This document shows positions 16,201 to 24,794 of a DNA stretch of 27,356 nt, in pieces. Location: the IMG/VR virus record IMGVR_UViG_3300037427_002699, positions 1-27,356 of that record; one strand, given 5' to 3'. Origin of the DNA: a virus (lineage: Duplodnaviria; Caudoviricetes). The position numbers and the translations under genes were made by a program. The stretch's first letter is position 1. Each line of letters starts with the position of its first letter. Under the pieces are notes generated by a model that was not told the origin of the DNA, searched no databases, and saw nothing but the letters and a program-made list of their open reading frames with translations.

Positions 16201-19200
16201 ATGATGATGGTGATGTATTCACTGCATTAAGTTATGACGATGACAGATTCAAATATGATATTCCTAATATAGGACAATCTGGTATAAGAGCAACAGATAC
16301 TATTGACCTTAGACCAAGAGTATCTGTATATGATAGTGGTAATACTGGTCTACCATCACCTTTCAGTTTTGGTAGTAGAAGCTTTACAATAAAACAATAT
16401 TTAATATCAAACGAAAATGCAGATCTTGGGTATGAATTTTATCTTCCAAGAATTGATAAAGTTTATTTAAATAAATTTGGGGAATTTGTTTATCAGAAAG
16501 GAACATCTGAGATGGATCCTAAACCTCCTGTAAGGACTGATGATCTAATGGAGTTGGCTACAGTAAATCTACCTCCATATTTGTATAATACACAAGCAGC
16601 AAGATTATCTTTAATTGATAATAGAAGATTTACTATGAGAGATATTGGAAATATTGAAGATAGGGTTTCAAATTTAGAAGAAGTTACAACATTATCATTA
16701 TTAGAAAATAATGTTCAAACCCTTCAAATTCAAGATTCTGAAGGTAGAAATAGATTTAAGACGGGATTTTTTGTTGATCCATTTAAAAATTATTCATCAA
16801 TTAGTGCATTATCTAGAGTTCAAATTAATCCACAATCACAAGAATTAATTCCAATACGTTCTAGAAATACTCTTGCATCTCAAGTAACACCAAAATTATC
16901 TACAACAGCAGAAACTCTTGATTTTAATAGTAATTTTGATTTATTTGATGGAAATGTTCAGAAAACTGGTGATGTTGTAACTTTAAAATATGATGAAGAG
17001 GTATGGTTTGGGCAATATTATGCAACATTACTTAAAGATGGTTCACTTGGAGTTATAAATGTAAACCCTTATGAACTTCCTGCAATACTAGGTAATGTTG
17101 AATTGCAACCAGATTTAGATGTTTGGACAAGAACAATCCAATTAGAGGATAATGTCCGACAAACTGGAACCAATAGTAGTGTAGAACTTAATCTATCTGG
17201 TAGTGGTAATATTGATTTAGGTAACGCTACAACAGATACAAGTCAAAGTGAGCATATTAGAACTACTGATCGACGTATTGTTGCAGGAGTGGATTCTGAA
17301 AGTGATACTGCTACACTTCAAGGTAGTACCAGTTTAAGTGCATCCGATTCAACAACTATTAGTAATACTGATATATCAATTCAAAATAGATTGGTTGCAT
17401 CTGCATCTGAAGATCATATGAGATCTAGAAATACTGAATTTAAGTCAACTGGATTCCCTGCAAATGTAAAAACTTATCTATACTTAGATGGACAAAAAAT
17501 AGAAGATATTACACCAAAGTTATTGGCAATATGTTCTTCTGTTGGTGGTGAATATGGTGCAACTAAAGCATTTAAGATTGGTGAAACTGTAAGTGTAGAA
17601 GATCCATCAACTTCAATAGAAATTATGAAATTTAGGGTTTGTACCCCAAATCACAAAGAAGGACCATATAATAATCCAACTGAAGCATATTCAAAGGATC
17701 CATATACTAATTCTACAATTTCTAATACTTCTTATACATTAACATCACCTGTTTTAAATATTGATACTAGAGCATTAGCAGAAGAAGCTCAAGGAGAATA
17801 TCATGGTTATCTAGTTGCAAATGCAAAATTAATTGGACAAGAAACTGGTGCTGTGGCATATGTGAAAGATTGGGATGATAATAAAATGATTACTGATGAA
17901 TATGGTGATATAATAGGAACTTTCTATTTAAGAGATCCAAATTCTATCCCTCAACCATCCGTAAAAGTTACAACGGGAAGGAAAAATGTTAGAATAACAA
18001 CCAGTTCTACAAATGTAAATATTGCACCAGGAACAAGAGCTGATATTGTTATAGCAGAAGGAGTATATAGTGCACAAGGAACAGTCGAAGAATGGCAAAA
18101 TGATAGAACCGTTAGAGTAGATACAACTACATTCACAGCAAATGCTGATTTTTCTATAAGTGCACAAGGATCTGTAACATCTAGACATACTACAACTCGT
18201 ACAGTTGAATATATTGATCCTATTGCACAAACATTCATTGTTGGTGGTAATGTACAGGCACCTTCTGCGATAGGTACAAATGAAGATTTAAATGGTTTAT
18301 TCTTAACTGCAGTTGAGGTATTCTTTGCTTCTATAGACACTGAAGTAAATACACCTATAAGATGTGAAATAAGGTCTACAACGGGTGATGCACGTCCTTC
18401 TAGGACTCTTATGGGTAGAAGTAGAACACTATATCCATTCACAACTGATTCAAATGGTAATCGTATCCAAAATATTCAAACAGATGATACAAATGCCAGT
18501 GTAGGAACTAAATTTACATTCCCAGAACCAATATTCTTACCACCCGGACAATCATATGCTTTTGTTTTGGTTGCAGAAAGAAGTGTTGCATATACTGTTT
18601 GGTTAGGTGAGCATGGACAGAAAGCAGTTAATTCAGCAACTATTCCTGGATCAACTGGTGAAAGTCCAACATATTCTAGACAATATGGTGCTGGAGCATT
18701 ATTTAAGTCTCAAAATGGTGCATTATGGACAGAAGATCAAACACAAGATATGAAATTTGTTCTTTATAGAGCTAAATTTACTTCTTCTACAGGATCAGTA
18801 TTCTTTAACAATCCTAATTTGAGTGAAAGTAATGGGTATATTCCACAATTAAGGAATAATCCAATAAGAACTTTACCAAAAACAGGAAAGATTAAAATAC
18901 CTCGTTTTCAGCATAATCCACCTGCTTCTAATCCTGCTGATCAGTTAAATACTTGGATTAAACCTGGTAGAAAACTTGTTGCAGGTACTGATAATACTAG
19001 TACAGCAGTCGTTGATTCTGTTGGAGATATAGCTGATTCAGTTTCTGTTGCTTCTACAGGAACAAATTATAACCCATCACAAAGTGGTACAGTTGTAAAT
19101 ACATATACCATAATTGGAAATGGAAATGGTTTAAAATTGGAAGTTGATACAGATGTAGATGGTTATGTTAATAATGTTGCAATTAATGGTAATAATAAAG

Positions 19201-20879
19201 GATCTGGATACAAATCTGGTGACGTAGTTGGTATTGTAACTGCAGACATGGGTGGTAATAAAGGTAGAGATGCTGAAATTAGTGTTTCTTCTCTAGCACC
19301 AAACTCTATGGATACGATATATTTGACAGATGTTCAAGGTGAATCAACTGTTGGTGGTAGTTGGAAACCAGGTGGTTCTTTCGTATTAAAATATGTTAAG
19401 GATGATGGTACATCTTATGCTCCTCAAGCAAATTCTACCAATATACTTGTTGATTCATTCTCTGCTGATGGTGGAATATATGATGGTAAGACTTTTAGAG
19501 TTAATCAATTTGATCATAGTATGTATTCTTCTACTAATAAGGTAGAAATAAGTGATATTCAGACAGATACACCATCTACAGCATTAACAGCAAATTTATT
19601 ACAAAATGAAACAAGTACAATTAGTGTTGCTTCTACTTTACCATTCCAATATTTTGAAGGAATTGAGGTTAATGGGGGTACAGGGAACATAGGTTATGTA
19701 AAAATTGGTAATGAAATTATTGGTTATCAGGATGCAAATAATACTGGATTAGTTATTGCTTCATCAACAGATGGTAGAGGAAAAGACAATACAATTGTTG
19801 TTCCTCATGAAATAGGTGATAAAGTTGAAAAATATGAATTAGGTGGAGTTTCTGTGAGAAGAATAGCAACAATTGATGGAACATCTATTAGTAATGAAGA
19901 AATTGGACTAGATCATTATTATGTTAAAATTGATCCTTCTATTAATGGATCAGATAGAAGTACAGATAAAGATTTTAATGGTGTTAAACAACCAGAATTA
20001 TCATTTAAGAATGATTCTTTTGTTGGTGGTTCAGAAGTTAAAGCATCTAAAAATATAGCATATTCTGCTATAGTTCCTAGATATGATACTATGACTCCAA
20101 GTGGAATTGATGGATCATTTACTAGTATAACTGCTAGTGTAAGAAGTGTTAGTGGATCTAGTGTAGATGGAACAGAAGTATCATTTAATGATCAAGGATA
20201 TAAGGATGTTCAATTAAATGCATATAACAGTTTTGACAATGTTTCAATTGTTGCATCTAAAATTAATGAAAATGAATATTTAACAAATTTACCTAGAAAT
20301 AAATCATTCACTACAGTATTAAATTTCACATCAAATAATGAATACTTATCACCAATGGTTTATATTGGAGAATCTAGTACTGAATTTATAAGTCATCGTT
20401 TAAACAATCCAATAGGATCTGATAATTATCCGACTGATAATAGAGTAAATACAACTATTGAAGACCCTCATAGTGCAGTTTATTATTCAAATAATGTTAG
20501 GTTAAGTAAACCTGCCACATCATTGAAAATTTTACTATCTGCATTTAGACCAGAAAATTCTGATATTAGAGTTTTATATCGTTTATCTAGATTAGATTCA
20601 AGTGAAGTTAGTTCAGAATTTGAATTATTCCCTGGATATAAAAATCTTATTGATAATGATCAAGATGGTTTTGGTGATATTGTAATTGATGGGGGCAAAA
20701 ATGATGGTAGATCAGATTCCTTTGTTGGTCTTAGTGTTAGTGATGAATTTAAAGAATATCAATATACTGCAGATAATCTTGATTTATTTAATGGATATAC
20801 AATTAAAATTGTTATGTCTGGTACCAATCAAGCAAAACCACCAAGAATTAAAGAACTTAGGAGTATTGCTATACGATGA
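13257..20879 (+). CDS. Large virion structural protein, VrlC-like / DUF4815 family
   Basis: N-terminus TNLNISPYYDDF...FYKVLYKPGFPVQARELT, plus APGADRLK, ERTYDESGNY, YLPRIDK, RRFTMRDIG, RFKTGFFVDPF, DPIAQTF and LFKSQNG...W..DQ.QDMKF, recognised as motifs of cyanomyovirus VrlC-like proteins. Usual position after g8. Confidence 0.85.
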   Translation: MAQKTNLNISPYYDDFDSEKNFYKVLYKPGFPVQARELTGTQSILQNQIQSFGNNIFKEGSVVIPGNIAYDGQFSAVKLDIENYGIDISLYIKDFIGKKITGRISGIEATLKYIALPGVDAVDDVTIYVTYTSADNNNELNSFTDGEQLVCSDSITYGNTTINAGTPFASLISSGATAIGSAAFIKKGVYFIRGYFVNVSDQTIILDYYSNAPSYRVGLRIDELIVSSKDDSSLYDNAKGFNNFSAPGADRLKINLTLSKKALDDQDDTDFVELLRVKKGKIKILNSKSNYNIVRDWIAERTYDESGNYTVNPFKISVLDSLNDNLGNGGLFYKDEKTDDLNAPSEDMMCVRVSDGKAYVQGYDIDKVGTTIIDVEKPRDVGINSTASVNFNMGSVIRVNNVAGLPKQGALIQFYDGFGQTGEVIGSARAYNLSLRNEEYSDASTVWDLRLFDVQTTTKITLNSNITASELPDSSFVKGKNSGASGYSMGTGDGTAIIKLYQTTGTFAKGEQIEINGVDFPRTIITSTANSTQSIKSLKSTSSNFPDFKADSNLDIFQLPNGISDCMVSNGVSGISTITSGAKQFSGLRPGSTIIYQKGSNGGGDPTYNKVKSIGVGNTNIVVEPITPSIPGVFDGSLPTNATTTSGTIKMNVGAPIIRGSGILHAPLGNRNVSTVDLTNSKLRVTKQLTGRTVTSNKLVVNVSDVSNDYPEITSDATFEPFDEERYSLISSNSNNGTPITITEDAFKYQNSGSTITIEGLSNSVGNVFTASVNKKGIKSKIKNYNKSKMLDVAYSKYERSGDIAIGIGASTVPDGLTYDKRYGVRVQDERISLNYPDVSKFIAVYESIDSERPTLDEFKFSSTANVQLNAILGENIVGYTSKAIARVVNKSSTDLNKLGIVYLTNTRFSEGETVNFDESNIDTNVESITNGTYKDITSSFKLDKGQKDQYYDYSFIIRTRGSSEPSSRLLVIFDYYSITSDDDGDVFTALSYDDDRFKYDIPNIGQSGIRATDTIDLRPRVSVYDSGNTGLPSPFSFGSRSFTIKQYLISNENADLGYEFYLPRIDKVYLNKFGEFVYQKGTSEMDPKPPVRTDDLMELATVNLPPYLYNTQAARLSLIDNRRFTMRDIGNIEDRVSNLEEVTTLSLLENNVQTLQIQDSEGRNRFKTGFFVDPFKNYSSISALSRVQINPQSQELIPIRSRNTLASQVTPKLSTTAETLDFNSNFDLFDGNVQKTGDVVTLKYDEEVWFGQYYATLLKDGSLGVINVNPYELPAILGNVELQPDLDVWTRTIQLEDNVRQTGTNSSVELNLSGSGNIDLGNATTDTSQSEHIRTTDRRIVAGVDSESDTATLQGSTSLSASDSTTISNTDISIQNRLVASASEDHMRSRNTEFKSTGFPANVKTYLYLDGQKIEDITPKLLAICSSVGGEYGATKAFKIGETVSVEDPSTSIEIMKFRVCTPNHKEGPYNNPTEAYSKDPYTNSTISNTSYTLTSPVLNIDTRALAEEAQGEYHGYLVANAKLIGQETGAVAYVKDWDDNKMITDEYGDIIGTFYLRDPNSIPQPSVKVTTGRKNVRITTSSTNVNIAPGTRADIVIAEGVYSAQGTVEEWQNDRTVRVDTTTFTANADFSISAQGSVTSRHTTTRTVEYIDPIAQTFIVGGNVQAPSAIGTNEDLNGLFLTAVEVFFASIDTEVNTPIRCEIRSTTGDARPSRTLMGRSRTLYPFTTDSNGNRIQNIQTDDTNASVGTKFTFPEPIFLPPGQSYAFVLVAERSVAYTVWLGEHGQKAVNSATIPGSTGESPTYSRQYGAGALFKSQNGALWTEDQTQDMKFVLYRAKFTSSTGSVFFNNPNLSESNGYIPQLRNNPIRTLPKTGKIKIPRFQHNPPASNPADQLNTWIKPGRKLVAGTDNTSTAVVDSVGDIADSVSVASTGTNYNPSQSGTVVNTYTIIGNGNGLKLEVDTDVDGYVNNVAINGNNKGSGYKSGDVVGIVTADMGGNKGRDAEISVSSLAPNSMDTIYLTDVQGESTVGGSWKPGGSFVLKYVKDDGTSYAPQANSTNILVDSFSADGGIYDGKTFRVNQFDHSMYSSTNKVEISDIQTDTPSTALTANLLQNETSTISVASTLPFQYFEGIEVNGGTGNIGYVKIGNEIIGYQDANNTGLVIASSTDGRGKDNTIVVPHEIGDKVEKYELGGVSVRRIATIDGTSISNEEIGLDHYYVKIDPSINGSDRSTDKDFNGVKQPELSFKNDSFVGGSEVKASKNIAYSAIVPRYDTMTPSGIDGSFTSITASVRSVSGSSVDGTEVSFNDQGYKDVQLNAYNSFDNVSIVASKINENEYLTNLPRNKSFTTVLNFTSNNEYLSPMVYIGESSTEFISHRLNNPIGSDNYPTDNRVNTTIEDPHSAVYYSNNVRLSKPATSLKILLSAFRPENSDIRVLYRLSRLDSSEVSSEFELFPGYKNLIDNDQDGFGDIVIDGGKNDGRSDSFVGLSVSDEFKEYQYTADNLDLFNGYTIKIVMSGTNQAKPPRIKELRSIAIR

Positions 20880-21082
20880 TTAAGGTTGAAGGACATCCAA
20901 ATCTCTATAGAGATGAAAAAACTGGAGCAATTGTTAATTGTGATGATAGTGGTTATGATCAATACGTTAAAACTCTAAATTATAGAGAAAATAAGGATAG
21001 GGAACTTAGTGATATGAAAAAAGATATTGATGAAATCAAGTCTTCTTTAGCAATTTTAATCAATGGCCTTAATAAGTCCTAA
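20876..21082 (+). CDS. Small conserved phage protein (68 aa) with C-terminal coiled coil
   Basis: MIKVEGHPNLYRDEKTGAIVN N-terminus, heptad-like C-terminus (LSDMKKDIDEIKSSLAILI), ATGA overlap with the VrlC-like stop. This kind of ORF commonly follows the VrlC-like gene in cyanomyoviruses. Confidence 0.8.
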   Translation: MIKVEGHPNLYRDEKTGAIVNCDDSGYDQYVKTLNYRENKDRELSDMKKDIDEIKSSLAILINGLNKS

Positions 21083-21085
21083 ATA
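21078..21085 (+). promoter_or_regulatory. Putative late promoter variant (CCTAAATA)
   Basis: TAAATA core overlapping the stop codon of the 68-aa ORF, 26 nt before the ATG at 21112. Differs from TATAAATA at the first two positions. Confidence 0.6.
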
Positions 21086-21111
21086 ATAAGAGAAGTTATT
21101 ATTAGAAATAG

Positions 21112-21453
21112 ATGGCAGCTGTATATGTTTCTAATCTTGTAATCAACGCAGGAGCCACATTTAGTCAACAGTTTGAATTGGCACAGAGTGATGATTCTGC
21201 GCCATTAAATCTTGTTGGGTACACACTTGCAGGGCAAATCAGAAAACACTCTGGAAGTTCTAGTCATACTACACTTGCTGTTAATGCAATGGATGCTGCT
21301 GGTGGAGTGATATTAATTGCATTAACTCCAGCACAAACTACTGCATTAAAACCTGGTAGATATGTTTATGATGTTGTTATAACTGATGCAGCCGGTGATA
21401 AAACACGGGTTGTTGAAGGATCTGTACTTGTTAGGGAAGGGGTTACCAGATAA
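21112..21453 (+). CDS. Small virion protein, probable Ig-like/BppU-like fibre attachment domain (113 aa)
   Basis: Pattern LVINAGATF...L.GY...QIRKH...I.LT..QT..L.PGRYVYDV.....TRVVEG...V..GVTR is typical of small phage structural adaptor proteins. Translationally coupled (TAATG) to the fibre gene. Confidence 0.7.
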   Translation: MAAVYVSNLVINAGATFSQQFELAQSDDSAPLNLVGYTLAGQIRKHSGSSSHTTLAVNAMDAAGGVILIALTPAQTTALKPGRYVYDVVITDAAGDKTRVVEGSVLVREGVTR

Positions 21454-22496
21454 TGGCAGCAATTAAAGTTAGGGTAGGACAATCAGATGCTGTAAAAGTT
21501 ATCTCCAGTCAAGGTGGAGGTTCAATTTCAGCACAAAATGCACAAAATGTGATTGGTGGTATTGCATCAGTTACTCAGATGCAGGTTACTGGTGTTTCTA
21601 CTTTTCTTAATGATGTTAGTATTGCAGGTATAACAACACTTGCTTCCAATGGTGGTATAACAACCACTGGTGGAGATTTATATGTAGGTGGTGATTTATT
21701 TGTTGGTGATGATATATTATTTGATGAAATAAATGGTAGAAATCTTAATATTAGTGGTATTTCTACATTAAATGTATTAGGTGTTTCTGGAATTGTTACA
21801 ACCCAACATTTAGAAGTAACTGGTATTGCAACCATAGGTGGATCAACTATAAATGATGGAACATTTGAACAAATAAAAGTTGCTGGTGTATCTACATTTG
21901 TTGGACGGTCTGATTTTCAATCAGATATAACACTTAAAGATAATCGTAAGATATTATTAGGTGATGAATCTGATATAGAGATTTATCATAATAATGCTAA
22001 TGCATACATTACTAATGATACTGGTAATTTCTATATCATTAACAATGCAGATGATGATGATGGTGGAGATATTATTTTTCAGGCAAAGTCTGGTGAAAAT
22101 TCTGCCATATTTTATGATGATGAAGGTGTAGCTCTTTTTTATAATGCGACACAAAAATTAATCACTACAAATGATGGATTAATTATAAGTGGTATTGCAA
22201 CTGCAACTTCATTTAGAGGTGCTGGAAATACTGCTGCTTCATTCCCAATCGGATTAACAGCAACAAATGCAACTTTTTCTGGTAATGTAAGTGTTGGTGG
22301 AACATTAACATACGAAGATGTAACTAATGTAGATTCCGTAGGTCTTATTACTGCTAGATCAGGAATAAGGATTAATGCAGGTGGTTTAGTTGTAACTGCA
22401 GGTGTTTCTACTTTTGCTGGAATTGCAACATTCACTAATGATGTGTTTATGGATGGCACATTAACTGCAGGACTTATAGATGGAGGATCTTACTGA
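21453..22496 (+). CDS. Short fibre-like structural protein (347 aa)
   Basis: About ten xG[IV][SAT][TS]x repeats, fibre-type modules (DNRKILLGDESDIEIYHN; GGTLTYEDVTNVDSVGLITARSGI) and a C-terminal IDGGSY. Sits immediately before g13, where T4 has wac. Confidence 0.7.
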   Translation: MAAIKVRVGQSDAVKVISSQGGGSISAQNAQNVIGGIASVTQMQVTGVSTFLNDVSIAGITTLASNGGITTTGGDLYVGGDLFVGDDILFDEINGRNLNISGISTLNVLGVSGIVTTQHLEVTGIATIGGSTINDGTFEQIKVAGVSTFVGRSDFQSDITLKDNRKILLGDESDIEIYHNNANAYITNDTGNFYIINNADDDDGGDIIFQAKSGENSAIFYDDEGVALFYNATQKLITTNDGLIISGIATATSFRGAGNTAASFPIGLTATNATFSGNVSVGGTLTYEDVTNVDSVGLITARSGIRINAGGLVVTAGVSTFAGIATFTNDVFMDGTLTAGLIDGGSY

Positions 22497-23353
22497 TGGC
22501 AAAACCAACCACTAAACAAGAATTAATTAATTATGCTCTTAGAAAATTAGGAGCTCCTGTTTTAGAAATTAATGTAGACGAAGATCAAATAGATGATGCT
22601 GTAGATGACACTATACAATTATTCAATGAACGTCATTATGATGGTATTGAAAGAATGTATTTAAAATATGAGTTAACTCAGGATGATATTGATAGGGGAA
22701 AAGCATCTGGTACAACTGGGGTTGGTATTGTAACTACTACTGCACAATCAACACCTATTAGTGGAATCTCAACAGAAACAGGTGCTGTTACATCTAAATG
22801 GTATGAGAATTCTAATTTCCTTCAGGTTCCAGATTCAGTAATTGGTGTAGAAAAAATATTCAAATTTGATAGTAGTACTATATCAGGTGGAATGTTTAGT
22901 ATTAAGTATCAATTATTTTTGAATGATTTATATAGATTCAATTCTGTTGATCTTCTTCAATATTCAATGACTAAAACATATCTTGAAGATATTGATTTTT
23001 TACTTACAACAGATAAACAACTAAGATTTAATAAGAAACAGGATAGATTATATTTGGATATTGATTGGGGTGCTGAAGAAGCAGGTACTTATATTGTTCT
23101 TGATTGTTATAGAGCATTAGATCCCGAAGCATTTAAGCAGATTTATAATGATAGTTTTGTAAAACCATATGTAACTGCTTTAATTAAGAAGCAATGGGGA
23201 CAGAATTTAATTAAATTTAAAGGAACTAAACTTCCTGGTGGGATTGAACTTAATGGTAGGGAATTATATGATGATGCAGTTAATGAATTATCGGAAATTA
23301 AAGAAAGGATGACTTTAGAATATGAAGTTCCACCCCTTGATATGATAGGATAA
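22496..23353 (+). CDS. g13: Neck protein gp13
   Basis: MAKPTTKQELINYALRKLGAPVLEINVDEDQIDD...HYDG, and KKQWGQNLIKF.G.KLPGGIELNGRELYDDA are hallmark gp13 motifs. Confidence 0.95.
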   Translation: MAKPTTKQELINYALRKLGAPVLEINVDEDQIDDAVDDTIQLFNERHYDGIERMYLKYELTQDDIDRGKASGTTGVGIVTTTAQSTPISGISTETGAVTSKWYENSNFLQVPDSVIGVEKIFKFDSSTISGGMFSIKYQLFLNDLYRFNSVDLLQYSMTKTYLEDIDFLLTTDKQLRFNKKQDRLYLDIDWGAEEAGTYIVLDCYRALDPEAFKQIYNDSFVKPYVTALIKKQWGQNLIKFKGTKLPGGIELNGRELYDDAVNELSEIKERMTLEYEVPPLDMIG

Positions 23354-23357
23354 GATA

Positions 23358-24794
23358 ATGCCATTAAATCCCTTTTTTCTACAAGGTTCACAAAGTGAGC
23401 AACGACTTGTTCAAGATTTAATTAATGAACAATTAGGAATATATGGTGTAGAGGTATTGTATCTACCCAGAAGAATTGTTAAGAAAGATAGCCTTTTCAC
23501 TGAATTAGAATCTTCTAGGTTTAGTGATAATTTTGCTATAGAAGCATATGTAAACACCTATGAGGGATATGGTGGTGCAGGTGATATAATGACAAAGTTT
23601 GGTATGAGTTTGAAAGATGAATTAACGGTAACAATATCTAAAGAAAGATTTGAAGATTTTATATCACCATTTCTGCTAGAGATGCCAGCGGATGAGATAG
23701 AGGTTACATCTAGACCTAGTGAAGGGGATTTGATTTATTTTCCATTAGGCAAAAGAATTTTTGAAATTAAATTTGTAGAACATGAAAAACCTTTCTATCA
23801 GTTAGGTAAAACTTATGTTTATGAACTACAATGTGAGCTCTTTGAACTCGAAGATGAAGTAGGTGGATGGGATCAGGTTGATGCTAATAGTGAAGAAGTG
23901 GATTCTACATTAGTTGATTATGGATATATTACAGCATTGAAACTCATATCTATTGGTTCAACAGCATCTTTGGGAGTAACAACTACTACTGGATATTTGA
24001 GAAATATTGTTCTTAATAATGATGGATATGATTATACAAAAGTTCCTAGTGTTGAAATTAGTAGTGCACCTTCGGGAGGAGTTGATGCAACTGCTGTAGC
24101 AATAACAACTTCTATTAATGGTATTTACTCCGTTAAAGAAATCTTATTAACGAATGCTGGTGCTGGATATACATTTACACCGACAGTTACTATAGTTAGT
24201 GCTGGTGCTACTATCTTAGGTATTGGTTCTACAACATATGGTGTAGGTGCTGCAGCAACCGCAACATTAGTAACTTCTGGTGCTGGTATAGGAGCAGTTA
24301 CAATTGGTGTTGGTAATAGTGGTTCTGGGTATCCTTCAGAACCAACATTATACTTTGGAACACCAAGTTCTGGTATTGGAACTGCAGTTGGTAGAGTAGA
24401 AATTAGTTCCGATAATATGATAACTAGAATTCTTATTTCTGATGCTGGTATTGGATATGATAATACTACTGGAATTGCAACCGTTTCACCACCACCAGTT
24501 ATTACAGGTATAGGTACATATAAGTTTAATGAGGTTGTAACTGGTTCCCTTTCTTCTGCTAAGGGTAGGGTTAAAACTTGGGATGTCATTAGTGGAGTTT
24601 TGAAATTGGGTTCTACTGATGGAACATTTATTTCTGGTGATATTGCAATTGGGTCTACATCTGGAGCACAATATACGGTTGATTATATACAGGAAGCAGA
24701 ATTTTCTGATAAATACGATAAAGGTGATGAAATCGAAACAGAAGCTGATTCTATTATTGATTTCTCAGAAACTAATCCATTCGGTCAAGTATAA
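23358..24794 (+). CDS. g14: Neck protein gp14 with internal repeat insertion
   Basis: EQRLVQDLINEQL..YGVEV.YLPR, KFG...KDE, RP.EGDLIYFP, FEIKFVEHEKPFYQLGK.YVY.L.CELF and C-terminal IIDFSETNPFG. Confidence 0.95.
   Translation: MPLNPFFLQGSQSEQRLVQDLINEQLGIYGVEVLYLPRRIVKKDSLFTELESSRFSDNFAIEAYVNTYEGYGGAGDIMTKFGMSLKDELTVTISKERFEDFISPFLLEMPADEIEVTSRPSEGDLIYFPLGKRIFEIKFVEHEKPFYQLGKTYVYELQCELFELEDEVGGWDQVDANSEEVDSTLVDYGYITALKLISIGSTASLGVTTTTGYLRNIVLNNDGYDYTKVPSVEISSAPSGGVDATAVAITTSINGIYSVKEILLTNAGAGYTFTPTVTIVSAGATILGIGSTTYGVGAAATATLVTSGAGIGAVTIGVGNSGSGYPSEPTLYFGTPSSGIGTAVGRVEISSDNMITRILISDAGIGYDNTTGIATVSPPPVITGIGTYKFNEVVTGSLSSAKGRVKTWDVISGVLKLGSTDGTFISGDIAIGSTSGAQYTVDYIQEAEFSDKYDKGDEIETEADSIIDFSETNPFGQV

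Noticed and set aside
20686-20883. 65-aa alternative-frame + strand ORF (also 24619-24819)
   Set aside because: They overlap the conserved C-termini of the VrlC-like gene and g14 in another frame, with non-protein-like composition and no supporting signals.
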